From contig JARXAD010000006.1 in assembly GCA_029866025.1 (NCBI GenBank), positions 18,907 to 82,906 of the forward strand: a stretch of DNA of 64,000 nt. Reading direction: 5' to 3'. Each line of letters begins with the position of its first letter. Position 1 is the first letter of the stretch. The position numbers and the translations under genes are program-made. The notes under the pieces are model-generated. The model was not told the origin of the DNA. It did no database searches and saw nothing but the letters and a program-made list of their open reading frames with translations. The stretch is from Vampirovibrionales bacterium. Its GTDB lineage: Bacteria > Cyanobacteriota > Vampirovibrionia > Vampirovibrionales > Vampirovibrionaceae. Shown in pieces: positions 50,585-60,803 of this stretch.

Positions 50585-51817
50585 CTATTTGACGTTTTGG
50601 CTGAGCTGGAAAATGGGGAGGTAAAGACCGATAAGAATAAAGGTGAGCACCACCCCAATGACTACCGTAATAGCAGGCTGAATCATTTCAGTGAGGGCGT
50701 TCACCGCTTCCGTTACTTCGCGGTCCAGCACTTTGGCGGCTTTACCCAGCATGTAATCCAGGTTTCCTGTTTCTTCGCCAATACTAATCATCTTCACCAC
50801 CATGGGCGGGAAGGCGTTGGTTTCTTCCAAAGGCTTAAACAGGGTGCTACCTTCCAAAATTTTGTCTCGGGCATGCTTTAAGTGGGTCAGCAAAATTTCG
50901 TTATCCACCGTATCGGCAGCAATCATCAAGCTATCGGTTAAGGCCACACCAGCACCTTGCAAGGTGGCCAGGGTTTGAATAAACCCACTGGTAGAAGACT
51001 TTAAGACGAGGTTCCCAAATACAGGTAAGGTAAGGCTCCATTGATCAATCACCGGCTTACCGGCGGGAGACAGTCGGTACACGTTAAGCCACATGATGAA
51101 CCCGCCCAGGGCTAGAAAAATAGCCCACCAAAAGCCACACAAAAAATGGCTCACAAACACCAGTACTTGGGTAATAAAGGGTAGCTCACTGCCAGCCTGT
51201 TTAAAAATAGGCTCAAACTGTGGCACCAAAAAAATTACCACGCCACCCGTTACCAGAGTAATAATTACGGAGGTAATGGCAGGCATCATCAGGGCGCCAT
51301 TAATGCGGTTTTTCAGCACAATTTGGTTGTCAATTAAAAACGCCAAACGGTTGCTAATTTCCGACAGTTGCCCAGAGGATTCTCCGGCACGCATCAGGTT
51401 AATGTACAGCTTGCTAAACACGTGGGGGTGGCGAGCAATGGCGTTACTAAAAGTATCGCCCGTCATAATATCGGTACGGACCTTGTGAATGGTTTTTTGA
51501 AGGCTTTCGTTGGTGGTTTGGTTTTCAATCAGGTTTAAACCGTCAATAAGGGGCACCCCACTATCCAGCAAGGTGGCCAACTGCTCGGTAAACACCAGCA
51601 AATCGCGCTGGGTGGGTTGGTTCATGTTGCCAATGATGGGAATGGTTTTTAGCAGGGATTCAACAGTGATTTCTTCACGGTGCTCCAGCACTTCGGTAGG
51701 GATGTGGCCCTGGTTACGAATAAGCTCTTTGGCCTGGCGGTGATCCAGCGCCTCAATTTTGCCCTGCACCGCTCGGTGAGAGTTGGCATCAATGGCGTTG
51801 TAGCGATAGATAGGCAT
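50585..51817 (-). CDS. pilC: Type IV pilus/T2SS platform protein PilC/GspF
   Basis: YRYNAID, QLATLLDSGVPL, AGESSGQL and FPPMVVKMISIGEETGNL. Confidence 0.95.
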   Translation of the reverse strand: MPIYRYNAIDANSHRAVQGKIEALDHRQAKELIRNQGHIPTEVLEHREEITVESLLKTIPIIGNMNQPTQRDLLVFTEQLATLLDSGVPLIDGLNLIENQTTNESLQKTIHKVRTDIMTGDTFSNAIARHPHVFSKLYINLMRAGESSGQLSEISNRLAFLIDNQIVLKNRINGALMMPAITSVIITLVTGGVVIFLVPQFEPIFKQAGSELPFITQVLVFVSHFLCGFWWAIFLALGGFIMWLNVYRLSPAGKPVIDQWSLTLPVFGNLVLKSSTSGFIQTLATLQGAGVALTDSLMIAADTVDNEILLTHLKHARDKILEGSTLFKPLEETNAFPPMVVKMISIGEETGNLDYMLGKAAKVLDREVTEAVNALTEMIQPAITVVIGVVLTFILIGLYLPIFQLSQNVK

Positions 51818-51919
51818 GGCGTTTGGACTTTACCTAAGTTGTCTCAAGGGCTGCTTTATCAAAAAAAGTTAGTGATGTTTACGCGAGGAGTTGTTTTATA
51901 AAGGACCCGCGTTGCGGGC

Positions 51920-53875
51920 CTACCAGTCGAGACCGAGGACGCGGATGGCTTCGGGGAGGGTGGTGTGACCTTGGAGAATTTTGGATCGGGCGGACATAGC
52001 GAGGGTGTTCATGCCTTGCTGGATGGCCATGTCTTGGATGGTGAAGGATGACGCTTTGGTATCAATCAATTCTTGAATTTCACGAGTCACGCGGAGAATT
52101 TCGTAAATAGGCATCCGGCCAGAATAACCCGTGTTTTCGCACTGAGAACAGCCAGCAGCGTTGTACAAGGTGTGGTGGTGGGATTCTTCGGCTGAGAGAT
52201 GGAGCTGTTCTAAATCGTCCATGGTGGGTGTGTAGGGCACTTTGCAATGGGGACACAGCTTCCGAATGAGGCGCTGGGCCACAATACCAATAACGGTGGA
52301 ACTAATAAGGTAACCCTGGGCACCCATTTCACTCAATCGACTAATGGACTTGGCAGCGCTGTTGGTATGAAGGGTACTAAACACCAAGTGACCGGTTAAC
52401 GCCGCATGGATGGCAGACTCAAGAGTTTCATGATCCCGTACCTCACCCACAAGGATGACGTCGGGATCTTGGCGCAAGAAAGCCCGCAAGGTGCTGGCAA
52501 AGGTAATACCTGCCTTGGGGTTAATGGCCACCTGGTTCACGCCCAACAGTGGGTATTCCACCGGGTCTTCCACGGTACAAATATTCACTTCGGGGCTGTT
52601 AATTTCTCGCAAACAGCCATACAGGGTGGTGGTTTTACCGCTACCCGTAGGGCCTGTAACCAAAATAATGCCGTTGGGCGACTTAATGAGCCGCGACATG
52701 ATACGAAATTCGTCTTCATTGAGACCCACGTTGGCCAAGCCACCGCTCATTACCGTGGATCGCAGCACACGAATAACGATTTTTTCGCCAAACTGAATGG
52801 GAATGGTACTCACCCGCATGTCCACTTCTTGCGAGCCCACCTTAATGCGCATGCGTCCGTCTTGGGGGCGGCGGCGCTCGGCAATGTCCATGCCGCTACT
52901 CACCTTAATACGCGAAATTACAGCCCCTGCCATTTTACGAGGAATGTTTTTCACTTCACGCAAAATGCCATCCACCCGGTAGCGTATAAGCAATTGTGCA
53001 CGCTGGGGCTCTACGTGAATATCGGAAGCATTCAGTTCAATGGCTTCCAGCAGCAAGGCATTCACCAACTGAACGACTGGCGCATCTTCAATGTCGGCTT
53101 CCGTAGTGCTGTCGTTTTCCTGGGTCAGGTAAACGTCTTCGCCACCCTTAAAGTTGGCTTCCAACTTGCGTAAGGCTTCATCGCCAGAAAAATGCTGCTT
53201 AAAATGCGTGTCAAAAAAGGCCAGCAATTCGCTGTGGGTTGAGACCCGTGGAACCGCCCGATACCCTGTAATGAGGGCAATTTCATCCAAAGGGGCCACA
53301 TGATCAGGGCGCGCCACCGCCACTTCCAAACGGCGCAGCTCTTTGTTGAGGCGCAAGGGCAGTACCAAATGGCGCTTCATAAAGTCTTCCGGCAGCAAAG
53401 ATAGCAGCTCAGGATCCACCTGAATGCCCTTGAGGCTGATGTATTGCAGGTGGTGCAGTTGGGCCAGGGCACGGCCAATGTCAGATTCGTCCACATACCC
53501 CAAGCGAACCAAGGTCATGCCCAAGGGCAATTTGCTGGATTTGGATTGGGATAGAGCTCGTTTTAGCTGGTCTTCGTTGATAAGGCCATTGGCCGTTAAA
53601 ATATCTCCCAAGCGCAATGGGGCTTTAGAGGTAGATGCCTGTTGGTTGGCCTGCACCACTTGCTGTTGGGGAGGAACCGAGCCCCCATTGGAGGGGCCAC
53701 TAATAAATTGGGTTTGGCCGTTTTGCAAGGCCTCTTTGGCTTGGGGATGACTATAGCCCTGAGACGTTTGGGGCACCACGCCGCTGCCACCATCGCCAGG
53801 GTTAGAACCTTGGGGGCGAGGGTTGTTGTTTGAAAAAGGTGGTGGCGGAACGGGCATCCGTTTCGCTAGCTCCAA
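51920..53875 (-). CDS. pilB: Type IV pilus assembly ATPase PilB/GspE with MshEN-like N-terminal domain
   Basis: RLGDIL...GLI...L (MshEN c-di-GMP motif-like), ASDIHVEP, GPTGSGKTTTLY, LRQDPD, TGHLVFSTLHTN and CxxC...CxxC. Confidence 0.95.
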   Translation of the reverse strand: MELAKRMPVPPPPFSNNNPRPQGSNPGDGGSGVVPQTSQGYSHPQAKEALQNGQTQFISGPSNGGSVPPQQQVVQANQQASTSKAPLRLGDILTANGLINEDQLKRALSQSKSSKLPLGMTLVRLGYVDESDIGRALAQLHHLQYISLKGIQVDPELLSLLPEDFMKRHLVLPLRLNKELRRLEVAVARPDHVAPLDEIALITGYRAVPRVSTHSELLAFFDTHFKQHFSGDEALRKLEANFKGGEDVYLTQENDSTTEADIEDAPVVQLVNALLLEAIELNASDIHVEPQRAQLLIRYRVDGILREVKNIPRKMAGAVISRIKVSSGMDIAERRRPQDGRMRIKVGSQEVDMRVSTIPIQFGEKIVIRVLRSTVMSGGLANVGLNEDEFRIMSRLIKSPNGIILVTGPTGSGKTTTLYGCLREINSPEVNICTVEDPVEYPLLGVNQVAINPKAGITFASTLRAFLRQDPDVILVGEVRDHETLESAIHAALTGHLVFSTLHTNSAAKSISRLSEMGAQGYLISSTVIGIVAQRLIRKLCPHCKVPYTPTMDDLEQLHLSAEESHHHTLYNAAGCSQCENTGYSGRMPIYEILRVTREIQELIDTKASSFTIQDMAIQQGMNTLAMSARSKILQGHTTLPEAIRVLGLDW

Positions 53876-54105
53876 CGCGGGGTGTTTTTAGAACCGGTTA
53901 CAGGCTATTCAGCAATCCAATAGCAGGTAAACAGGCTTAAAACCGACAGAAATTCCAATGGATGGCAATGGTATCGACTCAAATCAACCAAATGACAGAA
54001 CAAATGATGTTTGTTTCACAATGAACTCAACCGATACGGATCCCCAAAAGAGACCTTAATCGTTTGTATCGACCTGTTATCCCCAAACTTGAGAGTGGCC
54101 CCGCC

Positions 54106-55041
54106 ATGCCCACCCCAAAACCGTCCTTTTTGCCGCCGGGTCGGCTTTCTTTAGAGGCATGCCGTGTGTTTTTACGAGAAGCCTTGACCCCCGTTACCAC
54201 CAGCCAAGCCCAATGCACCACAGAAACTCATTGGTTATTGGAAAAGGCCACAGGAATGTCTCCATCGGCCTGGCTGGCCAACCCACGCACCCTTCTCTCC
54301 ACTCAAGCCAGAGAGCAACTGGACCACTGGCTACACCAGCGTGTTGTAGATCGGTGCCCCATCCAATACCTTCTGGGGGAAGCTCACTTTTTTGGGCTCA
54401 CCTTTGCTGTTTCGCCAGCAGTCCTTATCCCACGTCCCGAGACTGAGCTGTTGGTAGAAGCCGCCGTAGCGGAAGCCCTTCATCGTCTAAAACACAGCAC
54501 GGGCACATTACGCATTGTGGATGTGGGCACGGGGTCGGGCTGTATCCCCATTGCTATAGGCCATACGCTTCGTTCTCAACTCTCTAACAAAGATTGGAAG
54601 CGCATTGAAGTCTTGGCTGTGGATTGTTCTTCCGAAGCCCTGGCTGTGGCAACACAAAACGCAACCAAGCATGCCATTCCCATCACTTTTTACCAGGGCA
54701 GTTGGCTACAGCCTCTATTGGCTGGAAAATTAACGGTGGAGATGATTATCTCTAACCCGCCCTACATTCCAAGTGCCGTGTGCAATGAGCTAGCCCCTGA
54801 AGTCATTGGCCACGAGCCTCGCTTGGCCTTGGATGGTGGCCCCGATGGACTGCAGCCCTACCGAGAATTGTTTGCCCAAGCCAAAGGCTGTTTAACCCCT
54901 AACGGGTGGATTTCATGTGAATTCGGGGGTTACCAAGCAAGTTTAATAACCACCCTCCTTCATTCGTTTGGATTTCAGTCAGTTTATGTACAACAGGATT
55001 TGGCTGGCGTTGAGCGGCTTGTAACTGCTCGTCAATCTTAA
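54106..55041 (+). CDS. prmC: Release-factor glutamine methyltransferase
   Basis: PIQYLLG, VLIPRPETE, DVGTGSGCI, SNPPY and HEPRLALDGG.DGL. Confidence 0.96.
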   Translation: MPTPKPSFLPPGRLSLEACRVFLREALTPVTTSQAQCTTETHWLLEKATGMSPSAWLANPRTLLSTQAREQLDHWLHQRVVDRCPIQYLLGEAHFFGLTFAVSPAVLIPRPETELLVEAAVAEALHRLKHSTGTLRIVDVGTGSGCIPIAIGHTLRSQLSNKDWKRIEVLAVDCSSEALAVATQNATKHAIPITFYQGSWLQPLLAGKLTVEMIISNPPYIPSAVCNELAPEVIGHEPRLALDGGPDGLQPYRELFAQAKGCLTPNGWISCEFGGYQASLITTLLHSFGFQSVYVQQDLAGVERLVTARQS

Positions 55042-55513
55042 CGCCAGGCAACAAACGCCTTATTTTTTGCTCATACTCTGCTGCAGATAAATTTTCCATT
55101 GGAATGAGTGGTCGTTCTAACCGAGCACTCGCTGCAATGTCCTGAGGGTGGTTCAATACAATATAGTAGGTATTATTTAAAATCATAAAATAATAGGGAT
55201 TAGAGGGATCCTTCATTTGCCAAAGCTCAATGGTGGTTTCTACCTTCGGATCAAAACGACTACAAAACTGTCTTACGGTTTCACCCTCGCCAAGCTTATC
55301 CAGCAAGCCTAACAGCTGTTGGGTGTTCTCAAACCCCACTATTGTTAAATTCGGGTATTCCTTAAACGCAGAATGTGACAGCTTAAAGGGACTCGGAAGT
55401 GACTCCGTTGGGGCATCCAGAAAAGGGTGAGCAGAAAACGTAGAAAAAACAGGCCCGAGAGGAGAGCGAGGCTTTAAGAATGAAAATGTCGAAAGACGCA
55501 TTGATGTTACCAT
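54899..55513 (-). CDS. Orphan protein overlapping the prmC 3' end
   Basis: 204-aa ORF; its last 143 bp are antisense to prmC. Confidence 0.55.
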   Translation of the reverse strand: MVTSMRLSTFSFLKPRSPLGPVFSTFSAHPFLDAPTESLPSPFKLSHSAFKEYPNLTIVGFENTQQLLGLLDKLGEGETVRQFCSRFDPKVETTIELWQMKDPSNPYYFMILNNTYYIVLNHPQDIAASARLERPLIPMENLSAAEYEQKIRRLLPGVKIDEQLQAAQRQPNPVVHKLTEIQTNEGGWLLNLLGNPRIHMKSTR

Positions 55514-55538
55514 TTTTTAAATAAAGGCCCGTTTGGGC

Positions 55539-56240
55539 CTAGCGTCCAAACATAGTGGAATCAACGCGCTGCATGTTGCGAAATTGCCCTCGGCTATTTG
55601 CCGGTTCCGACTGAATGTCTTCAATAACAAAGGGACTTGGGTTTCCGCCCAATGTGGTGCGGGCTGCGCCCAATTTTTCCGCTTCAATGGCGTACAGGCT
55701 GCTCATCATGCCCACCACTTGGCCGTTTCGCATGCTTACGTATTGGTGGGTGGTGGTGCCGTGCATACGGTTGCCCTCCACCGTTAAGGTAGGGCGCTCC
55801 ACCAAATATTCTCGGCCCGCTCGCAGCACTGCCTTGTGGTTAAAGGTGGCCGTATTGCCCCGCACTTGATCCACCGTAATGGTGGCCAGGGCACCCGTGT
55901 TGGGGTTGGACAACGTGACAGCATCGCCGGCTTGCACCAAGTTCCACACATCGTTTACCACGGGGGTGTGAGGCCCCGGCACGCTGGTTTTAATGAGTGT
56001 GGCCGTCACGCTCCACTGGCCGTACATCTCACTGGGCAGCTGGTAGCTTTCCGTCACCCGAATCTTCATGGGCTCTCGCTGCGGAGAGACTTGAGGCGGG
56101 GCTTGAGTGGAAGGCAACTTGGGCAAGGTTTTACTGCCCACAGAAGGATCCTGCTCCAGTGTGGGTTCACTGGCCATGGCCAACAGATGGCCCCCTGCAA
56201 AGGTAGCCATCAGCACGGTAAAAACAAGGCGATGTTTCAT
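55539..56240 (-). CDS. Secreted hypothetical protein
   Basis: Signal peptide MKHRLVFTVLMATFAGGHLLAMA; beta-barrel-like body (YGQWSV...). Confidence 0.75.
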   Translation of the reverse strand: MKHRLVFTVLMATFAGGHLLAMASEPTLEQDPSVGSKTLPKLPSTQAPPQVSPQREPMKIRVTESYQLPSEMYGQWSVTATLIKTSVPGPHTPVVNDVWNLVQAGDAVTLSNPNTGALATITVDQVRGNTATFNHKAVLRAGREYLVERPTLTVEGNRMHGTTTHQYVSMRNGQVVGMMSSLYAIEAEKLGAARTTLGGNPSPFVIEDIQSEPANSRGQFRNMQRVDSTMFGR

Positions 56241-56299
56241 AGACTTTATAGTAGCCAACTTAGGCCATTTTGTTCCATAACGAATGATCGAAATAGCCA

Positions 56300-56321
56300 A
56301 GGTTGACGTTAACGTCAACCT
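56300..56321. promoter_or_regulatory. Perfect 22-bp palindromic operator (MerR/LiuR-like)
   Basis: AGGTTGACGTTAACGTCAACCT. Confidence 0.75.
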
Positions 56322-56362
56322 CGTAAGCTGGCCTTTTAAAAAAGAAGGCAATGTTCACTCCA

Positions 56363-56386
56363 AAGGTTTACGTCAACGTCAACCTT
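56363..56386. promoter_or_regulatory. Second, imperfect copy of the same operator
   Basis: AAGGTTTACGTCAACGTCAACCTT. Confidence 0.7.
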
Positions 56387-56452
56387 CATAAAGAGGAACG
56401 ATGGTGTTTGCTATGATTAAGGAGCCCCCCGTATTAAACAAGGAACGTTGCC

Positions 56453-57451
56453 ATGAACATCAAAGCCAACATCTCAGAGCTCGTAGGTAACACGCCCCTG
56501 GTATATCTAGGTGGCATGAACACCAGCGGTGCCCGCATAGCCCTCAAACTAGAGAGCATGGAACCCACCAGCAGCGTGAAAGATCGCATTGCCCTCAGCA
56601 TGATTCGCAATGCCGAAGCCCGTGGCACCATTACGCCGGGTAAAACCGTTCTAGTAGAACCCACCAGCGGCAACACCGGCGTTGGGTTGGCTTGTATGGC
56701 GGCTGCACGGGGCTATCGCCTTATTCTCACCATGCCAGAAACGATGAGCTTAGAACGCCGTATCGTATTGCTTGCCTTTGGGGCGGAAATCATCCTCACC
56801 CCAGGTCCTTTGGGCATGAAGGGCGCCATTGCCAAAGCAGACGAGATTTTGGCCGACCTGAAAGCCAGCGGCCAAGACGCCGTGATGCTCCAACAATTTG
56901 ACAACCCCGATAACCCCCTCATCCATTACCAAACCACGGGCCCCGAAATTTGGGCCGACACCGACGGTACTGTGGATATTTTTGTGGCAGGCGTGGGCAC
57001 CGGCGGCACCATTACCGGCGTGGGCACGTACCTTAAAGAACAAAATTCCTCCGTGCGCTTGGTGGCGGTAGAGCCCGCCGAAAGCCCTGTATTAACAGGC
57101 GGTCAGGCGGGGCCTCATAAAATACAGGGTATTGGTGCAGGCTTTGTGCCTAAGGTACTGAATTTAGCTTTGCTGGATGAAACCATGACGGTAACCAGCG
57201 AGGATGCCATGATTATGACCCGCCGATTGGCGAAAGAAGAAGGCCTGTTTGTGGGTATTTCCAGCGGCGCCACGGTGCATGCAGCCCTAAAATTGGCCCA
57301 ACGCCCCACCTACGAAGGCAAGCTAATTGTGGTGATTATTGCCAGCTTTGGGGAACGTTACTTGTCTGCCCCTGTGTTTGATGAGTACCGGGAAGCCGCC
57401 TTGGCTTTACTCCCTCAGGCTGCTCACGCCAAGGCGTGTTTATCTACTTAA
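56453..57451 (+). CDS. cysK: Cysteine synthase A
   Basis: [37 protein letters not shown] and SFGERYLS. Confidence 0.97.
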   Translation: MNIKANISELVGNTPLVYLGGMNTSGARIALKLESMEPTSSVKDRIALSMIRNAEARGTITPGKTVLVEPTSGNTGVGLACMAAARGYRLILTMPETMSLERRIVLLAFGAEIILTPGPLGMKGAIAKADEILADLKASGQDAVMLQQFDNPDNPLIHYQTTGPEIWADTDGTVDIFVAGVGTGGTITGVGTYLKEQNSSVRLVAVEPAESPVLTGGQAGPHKIQGIGAGFVPKVLNLALLDETMTVTSEDAMIMTRRLAKEEGLFVGISSGATVHAALKLAQRPTYEGKLIVVIIASFGERYLSAPVFDEYREAALALLPQAAHAKACLST

Positions 57452-57588
57452 ACAAAGTGTAAACCTCAATAGATTTAGAAATCAACCTGATCCTGTGGGT
57501 GAGGGTCCGGTCCCTCAACGAAATGGCGCTATCTTTATGATCTTTCGGTAATAAAACGTGTTTCTCTCCTTTGTTCAATAATAGCCAA

Positions 57589-58257
57589 ATGCAATCCATC
57601 CCCCTCATCGACATCTCCGTTCCCATGACGGAAAGCCTCCCAGTGTGGCCCGGCGACCCACCCATGCAGGTGGAACGAGTATTAGACGTGTGCTGCGGAG
57701 ACGACGCCACCGTAAGCCGCTGGACCATTGGTGCCCACACAGGCACTCACGTGGATGCCCCGTCTCACTTTATCAAAGGCGGTAAAACGCTGGCAGAAAT
57801 CCCTCTACACGAATGGTGTGGCCCCTGCCGCGTGGTAGAGATACGTGACAGAGCTTTGATTACCATTGCCGATGTGATGCACCTTGCTTGGGATGGCGTG
57901 ACAAAGGTTTTCTTCAAAACCGATAACTCCCTACTCATAGAGGATAAGCCATGGTACGAGCGTCCGTTCAACCCACAGTTTAGCGCGCTCTCAGTAGATG
58001 CAGCCCAATATCTCCTCCAACAAGGGATTACGTTAATTGGCATCGACTACTTGTCCGTCGAAGCCTATGATTCCGAAGGTGCACCCGTGCACCACACCCT
58101 GCTGGGTCATGATGTTCGCATTGTGGAAGGGCTAAATCTAACTCAGGTGGAGGCGGGCGATTATCAGCTGTGGTGTTTCCCTATACACATGGCTCATACC
58201 AACGGCGGCGATGGCGCTTTGGCCCGCGTGGCACTGCAGGCAATACCTGAACAATAA
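57589..58257 (+). CDS. Cyclase-family metal hydrolase (KynB-like arylformamidase)
   Basis: HTGTHVDAPSHF, GIDYLSVE and H..LL...IVEGL. Confidence 0.9.
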   Translation: MQSIPLIDISVPMTESLPVWPGDPPMQVERVLDVCCGDDATVSRWTIGAHTGTHVDAPSHFIKGGKTLAEIPLHEWCGPCRVVEIRDRALITIADVMHLAWDGVTKVFFKTDNSLLIEDKPWYERPFNPQFSALSVDAAQYLLQQGITLIGIDYLSVEAYDSEGAPVHHTLLGHDVRIVEGLNLTQVEAGDYQLWCFPIHMAHTNGGDGALARVALQAIPEQ

Positions 58258-58350
58258 TGGATCCTTGGCTCCTTTTGACCCGACTGTCCTTCCCCACTAC
58301 AATACACAGACGGCTTTTTTGACAAGGCGGGTTGGGGAAAGGGAACGGTT

Positions 58351-59004
58351 GTGAGCGAACATACCGAGGAAATCATTCAAACATTATCGCAAGTGCCGGC
58401 CATACCCATTGTGCGCAGCACCAGCCCAGAAGCGGCCTTGTGGGCTGCCCAAACCATTTTATCCAGCGGCTGGAACCTCGTGGAGCTGACATGGACCATT
58501 CCGCAAGCCAATGAAGTGATTGCTCAATTGCGAAAAGAGTTCCCCAAGGCCAGCATTGGGGTGGGCAGCATTTTAAGCGAGGCCCACTACGAAGCCGCTC
58601 AACTGGCCGGTGGCAATTGGTTCGTTACCCCCATGCTGGATGAAGGTTTGGTCCAGGCCGTTCACAACAACGGCGGCGTGGTGATTCCAGGCGTCTTAAC
58701 CCCCACCGAAGTCTATCGTGGGTGCTTGTTGGGCGTTCCCGCCATGAAAGTGTTTCCTATCTCTTCTATGGGCGGCGTTTCGTACTTAAAAAGCTTGCTG
58801 GAACCCTTTGGCCATACGGTGCAACAACCGTTACAACTCATGGTGTGTGGCGGCATTGGCCTGGAAGACGTGGCTGCCTACAAGCAAGCCGGTGCTTTAT
58901 CGGTTGGGCTAGGTAAAGCGCTCGTCTCCAATGATATTCTCAATCGCCGCGATGGCGATTTGCTGCGCAGCCGATTGAGTGCATTGCAGCCCGTTGCGAT
59001 ATAG
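58351..59004 (+). CDS. eda: KDPG/KHG aldolase
   Basis: PIVR, VELT, GVGSI, PGVLTPTE, KVFP and GGI motifs. Confidence 0.88.
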   Translation: MSEHTEEIIQTLSQVPAIPIVRSTSPEAALWAAQTILSSGWNLVELTWTIPQANEVIAQLRKEFPKASIGVGSILSEAHYEAAQLAGGNWFVTPMLDEGLVQAVHNNGGVVIPGVLTPTEVYRGCLLGVPAMKVFPISSMGGVSYLKSLLEPFGHTVQQPLQLMVCGGIGLEDVAAYKQAGALSVGLGKALVSNDILNRRDGDLLRSRLSALQPVAI

Positions 59005-59070
59005 AATGCTGCCCCTAGTGGTGTTAACAATAAAATAGTGGTGTTGGCAATAAAATGAGTACATTGGGTT

Positions 59071-60159
59071 GTGAAAATTGTAACCGTCTTGGGCGCTCGC
59101 CCTCAATTTATTAAAGCCGCGCCGGTTTCTAAGGCACTGGCCGAGGCTGGGCTAGATGAAATTCTGGTTCATACCGGCCAGCATTACGACGCCAATATGT
59201 CATCCGTATTTTTTGACGAACTGGGCATGCGCCCCCCTGCCTATACGCTGGAAACCGGTGGCGGCAGCCGCATGAGCCAAGTCAGCCGTGGACTCGCCCA
59301 GTTAGAAGAAATCCTGATTAAAGAGAAACCCGACCGGGTGCTGGTGTATGGCGATACCAACGCCACCTTTAGTGGGGCCTTTGCTGCTGTGGCTCATAAC
59401 ATCCCTTTGGCCCATGTGGAAGCAGGCCTGCGTAGCTTTAACCGCCGCATGCCCGAAGAAACCAACCGAATCCTCACGGATCATGTGGCGCAATGGTGCT
59501 TTACCCCCACGCCAGAGGCCACCCAACAACTGGCCAAGGAAGGCATTACCGGCCATTGGGTGGGGGATGTGATGCTGGACGCCCTCCTTCAATTCTCTCC
59601 CACGGCTCAAGAGCATGCCTCTTGGGTAGCCTTAAAAAACCAACATGGGCTTGAAAAAAACAGCTATGTGCTGTTGACCATGCACCGTGCGGAAAGCACG
59701 GACAAGCCCGACGTGCTGCGTGATCTCTTTAAAACCTTAAACAACAGTGGTCATCGGGTGTTGTTTCCGGTGCATCCCCGCACAAAACCCCTGTGGAAGG
59801 CCATTGTGGAGGAGACGCCGTTGGCCAATATCATCCCCGTAGAACCCTTGGGCTACTTGGCCATGCTGGCTGCCGAAAGCAACGCCAGTGCTATTGTAAC
59901 GGATAGTGGCGGCGTGCAAAAAGAAGCCGCCATGCTGGGCGTGCCTTGCCTGACACTTCGTACCGAAACCGAGTGGGTGGAAACCGTTGCTTGGGGCGTC
60001 AATCAGGTGATTGGGCTGGATGCTGAAAAACTTTCCAGCGCCTTGGCAGCCTTACAAACCAATGCCCCAGTTGCTGTTAGCCTGCAAACCATCCATCAGT
60101 ATTATGGCAGTGGCCACGCCAGCCAGCGGATTGTCGCCCTGTTGCAGGGCAATGATTAG
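59071..60159 (+). CDS. wecB: Non-hydrolysing UDP-GlcNAc(-type) 2-epimerase (WecB/WbpI-like)
   Basis: GARPQFIK, HTGQHYD, YGDTN, HVEAGLRS, MPEE and TDSGGVQKEA. Confidence 0.93.
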   Translation: MKIVTVLGARPQFIKAAPVSKALAEAGLDEILVHTGQHYDANMSSVFFDELGMRPPAYTLETGGGSRMSQVSRGLAQLEEILIKEKPDRVLVYGDTNATFSGAFAAVAHNIPLAHVEAGLRSFNRRMPEETNRILTDHVAQWCFTPTPEATQQLAKEGITGHWVGDVMLDALLQFSPTAQEHASWVALKNQHGLEKNSYVLLTMHRAESTDKPDVLRDLFKTLNNSGHRVLFPVHPRTKPLWKAIVEETPLANIIPVEPLGYLAMLAAESNASAIVTDSGGVQKEAAMLGVPCLTLRTETEWVETVAWGVNQVIGLDAEKLSSALAALQTNAPVAVSLQTIHQYYGSGHASQRIVALLQGND

Positions 60160-60192
60160 GGGCATTGCCCTGCAAGCAAATGTTCCATTTAA

Positions 60193-60591
60193 TTAGAATT
60201 GTATTTTCTTTTTTTTGTAACCCGGCTTTTTTATAAAGCCTTCACAATCATTACGGTTTGGGCCTGTATAAACCCTTTGTTTTTCAACACCATTACTATC
60301 GCGAATTATAAACACATCACCCTGTTCTTTACTGTAACTATGCGTAAGATGACAGTATCTAGGGTCCGTTGGAGGAACTGTAAGGTTATAATTATACAGG
60401 GCAATGCCCGCGGTTTTGTTCGCCTCTGTTACCTCATTGCACGGTTGCTTTGGTTCTGTGGCTTTATGTTGCCTCGGAGCCAGGCTTGGCTGATACCTTT
60501 GATACTTTTGTTTTGGTTGCTCACGCTGCCCCCAAGCCGCGGCTGGCAACGCCAAGGCTAGAGGTATCATTAATGTTTTCCAAGAAACCAT
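60193..60591 (-). CDS. Small secreted orphan protein
   Basis: AGGAG RBS before ATG 60591; signal peptide ending ...LPAAAWG; AT-rich. Confidence 0.6.
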   Translation of the reverse strand: MVSWKTLMIPLALALPAAAWGQREQPKQKYQRYQPSLAPRQHKATEPKQPCNEVTEANKTAGIALYNYNLTVPPTDPRYCHLTHSYSKEQGDVFIIRDSNGVEKQRVYTGPNRNDCEGFIKKPGYKKKKIQF

Positions 60592-60803
60592 GGTGTGTTT
60601 ACTCCTGTCATGGATTTGCAAATGGTGTGTATACTGTATCAACTTAAAAAAGTATATTATTCATGCTAATGGGGCTAAGACAACATGTTAAAACAACACG
60701 ACGCCTAACGGGTTTATTTTTGGCTGCCACTGGCGTTTAATGCTTCATACTCCCTTTTGTACCGTGTTGCCTACACTTTTTTAACTCATAGGACTGCATT
60801 CCC

